Positions 61,942-64,000 of a stretch of 64,000 nucleotides of DNA are shown here, in pieces. The stretch is from Macrostomum lignano. Its lineage: Eukaryota. Within the stretch, counting starts at the first letter, position 1, and the number at the start of each line of letters is the position of its first letter. The stretch is from assembly GCA_002269645.1 (NCBI GenBank), contig NIVC01000923.1:10180-74179 (forward strand). Reading direction: 5' to 3'. The notes under the pieces are model-generated. The model saw nothing but the letters and a program-made list of their open reading frames with translations, was not told the DNA's origin and made no database searches. The position numbers and the translations under genes are program-made.

Positions 61942-63069
61942 GCTTTACACTTCCTTTATTTAGTCTTCGTTTTAAATTTGAATGTTTATTGGCAAGAAAG
62001 CTCGTGTGGCACTTGGGCAAGGAAGTTGGCCCGAACGAGGCTGTATCAGCAAGTAAAGCTCTCTCTCTTCTCTTGCGAGTAGGGAAGATTATTTGTATAT
62101 TTATATTCTTTCAGTTGTTAGCACATTGTTTTATTACCAAAGTAGCTAAGTTATAAGGCTTTCGGAGTACATGTATATAATCGGACTTTATGGCTCAAAA
62201 TTTATGTTTCAACGCCGTGCGAGAACTCTGGAAGAAGAAGAGGTCGATCGGCAGGAGAGGGGAGTAGGAAGGAAAGGAGGGGGGATAGAGGGGTGTCTGG
62301 ACGACTGCGCTTGCGAAATCATGGTCCAACTAGCCAACCAGCCAAGGTACAGCACTGTGCTCAGGTTCTCCCATACCTAAAAATCTACCTTAACAGTAAC
62401 CAACCTGCCTCCCTTCCAAGTCCAATGACGAGGTCGGGCCTTCTTCCTCTCGCTCCCTTCTGCCCCCACCCTCCTTAAGATATGCAGGTCAATTTGCTAT
62501 TTAGTTCGAGGCCTTATCTAAACACGCAGTTCGAGGCGTTTGCGCATATTGAATTTCTTTCTGCTCTGTGGGACTGGACGAGTTGCTCTGACGTTGGGTG
62601 TCTCTCAGCACTGCAGGCTGGCAGCCACTCAGCTCCCAATGTGTGGATAAATGTTTAGGGGAAACCGTATATTATTTACCCCTCACTTTAACCAACTCGT
62701 GAAGATCCACCGTATATAGCTCTTATCTCGAATTTCTAAAAAGTTATGTCAGGACTTCGTGCTCGAATCTCACCTACACTAGATACAGCTTATACGAGTA
62801 GCTCGGTTCAATAAGATATGAGCTGCATGGCCTTCATCACTTCTTCGGCTTGAACTCCGCTATAGCGAGCCACTTGAGCCACGTCAATCATCCGTCAGCG
62901 GATGCGGATGCGCACGAGTGCATATTGCCTTTCAGGTAGCGAGCTGTGAGAAATCCACGAAATTTAAATGGGCTCACGGTGAAAAGTCAGAATGAGTACA
63001 CAGTACAGCCTCATCTATATTTTATAGATATATGAAATTGGAGATTCTTGATTTTAATTACGCGTCCAG

Positions 63070-63365
63070 AATTATTCCGAGTCCCAATTCCTTTTTGAGA
63101 CCCAATTCACCTCTGAGTCCCAAATCCTTTTTGAGTCCCGATTCCATTCTGAGTCCCGATTCCTTGCTGAGTACCGATTCCTTTCTAAGTCCCGATTCCT
63201 TTCTAAGTCCCGATTCCTTGCTGAGTACCGATTTATTTCTGCGTCCCGATTCCTTTCTGAGTCCCGATTCCTTTCTGAGTCCCGATTCATTTCTGAGTCT
63301 CATTCATTTCTGAGTCCCGATTCCTTTCTGAATCCCGATTCTTTTCCGAGTCCCAATTCACTTAT
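63070..63365. repeat. 18-bp degenerate minisatellite (gagtcccgattcctttct)
   Basis: About 16 units. Confidence 0.9.
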
Positions 63366-64000
63366 GGTCCCAACTCCATTCTCCAATACTGGTACCGATT
63401 TAAAATTCCGAGGTCAACTTCGGCATTGATTCCGGGTACTGATTTGATATCTATTCAAAACATTTCGAGTTGCGAATTCATATTAGTGTTATTCCCAGTC
63501 TCAGGATACAGTTCAGAATCCAAAGCTCAAGGTCATCGATAATATTGATAATACTGAATAGTCGTACTGAACAAGCCAGTAAGCACCAAGATAATACTGC
63601 TGTGAGCCAAATACCCAGATATATAGCCTTAGCTCCAATCGATTTCCGGTTTCAACCAACCAGCTGCAAGACGAAAGTTCGTCAATCGGAATATAGAACA
63701 TGTCTCTGCGAGAGTCGAGAAAGAAAGAAGCTCAGGAAATGCAGGTCGCCGTGAATCCCGCGGTTACCGTTTCCCTTTGGTAGGCGTGCACCATGCAGAA
63801 CTACGAGTATGATCAGCTGCTGTTATGTAGCCTCAGAATCATTTTTCCTGACCAAACCACTCGGCCCTGGAACTAGAAACTATAATATAAGAACAGGCAA
63901 AACCATGACGCACAGCACTAGCACTCCATCACGAATGCGCAAACTTGGCTTTCTCTCCAATACAACCGTATAGGCTAATTGGTACGGTGAATTATTGATC

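Overview
Eukaryotic (animal) genomic DNA with GT-AG introns and an extreme density of unrelated minisatellites. The style resembles free-living flatworms such as Macrostomum, but this is an inference and was not tested. I reconstructed four spliced genes by hand, and all splice phases close. (1) A tachykinin-receptor-like class A GPCR (minus, 5 coding exons, 382 aa). (2) An unrecognised 2-exon plus-strand gene split by a 4.5-kb satellite and encoding poly-Arg/poly-Gln (about 236 aa); the ORF track misses its second exon. (3) A 1105-aa poly-Q/poly-A protein with a divergent ETS domain (minus, 3 exons). (4) A complete cGMP-dependent protein kinase (minus, 13 exons, 686 aa). About 30 tandem arrays, two tRNA-derived CORE-type SINEs, a Charlie/MER58-like MITE pair and decayed RTE, hAT and Tc1 fragments fill the rest. 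The strongest leads are in the PKG gene. An 88-bp inverted repeat pair (91% identical) hugs exons 6-9, which total 375 nt and are phase-symmetric, so a circRNA with a stop-free circular ORF or an in-frame skip is possible. A second inverted minisatellite pair brackets the last two exons. An intronic ATG-led ORF with a PKI-like RRNG motif could encode a short monomeric PKG isoform.
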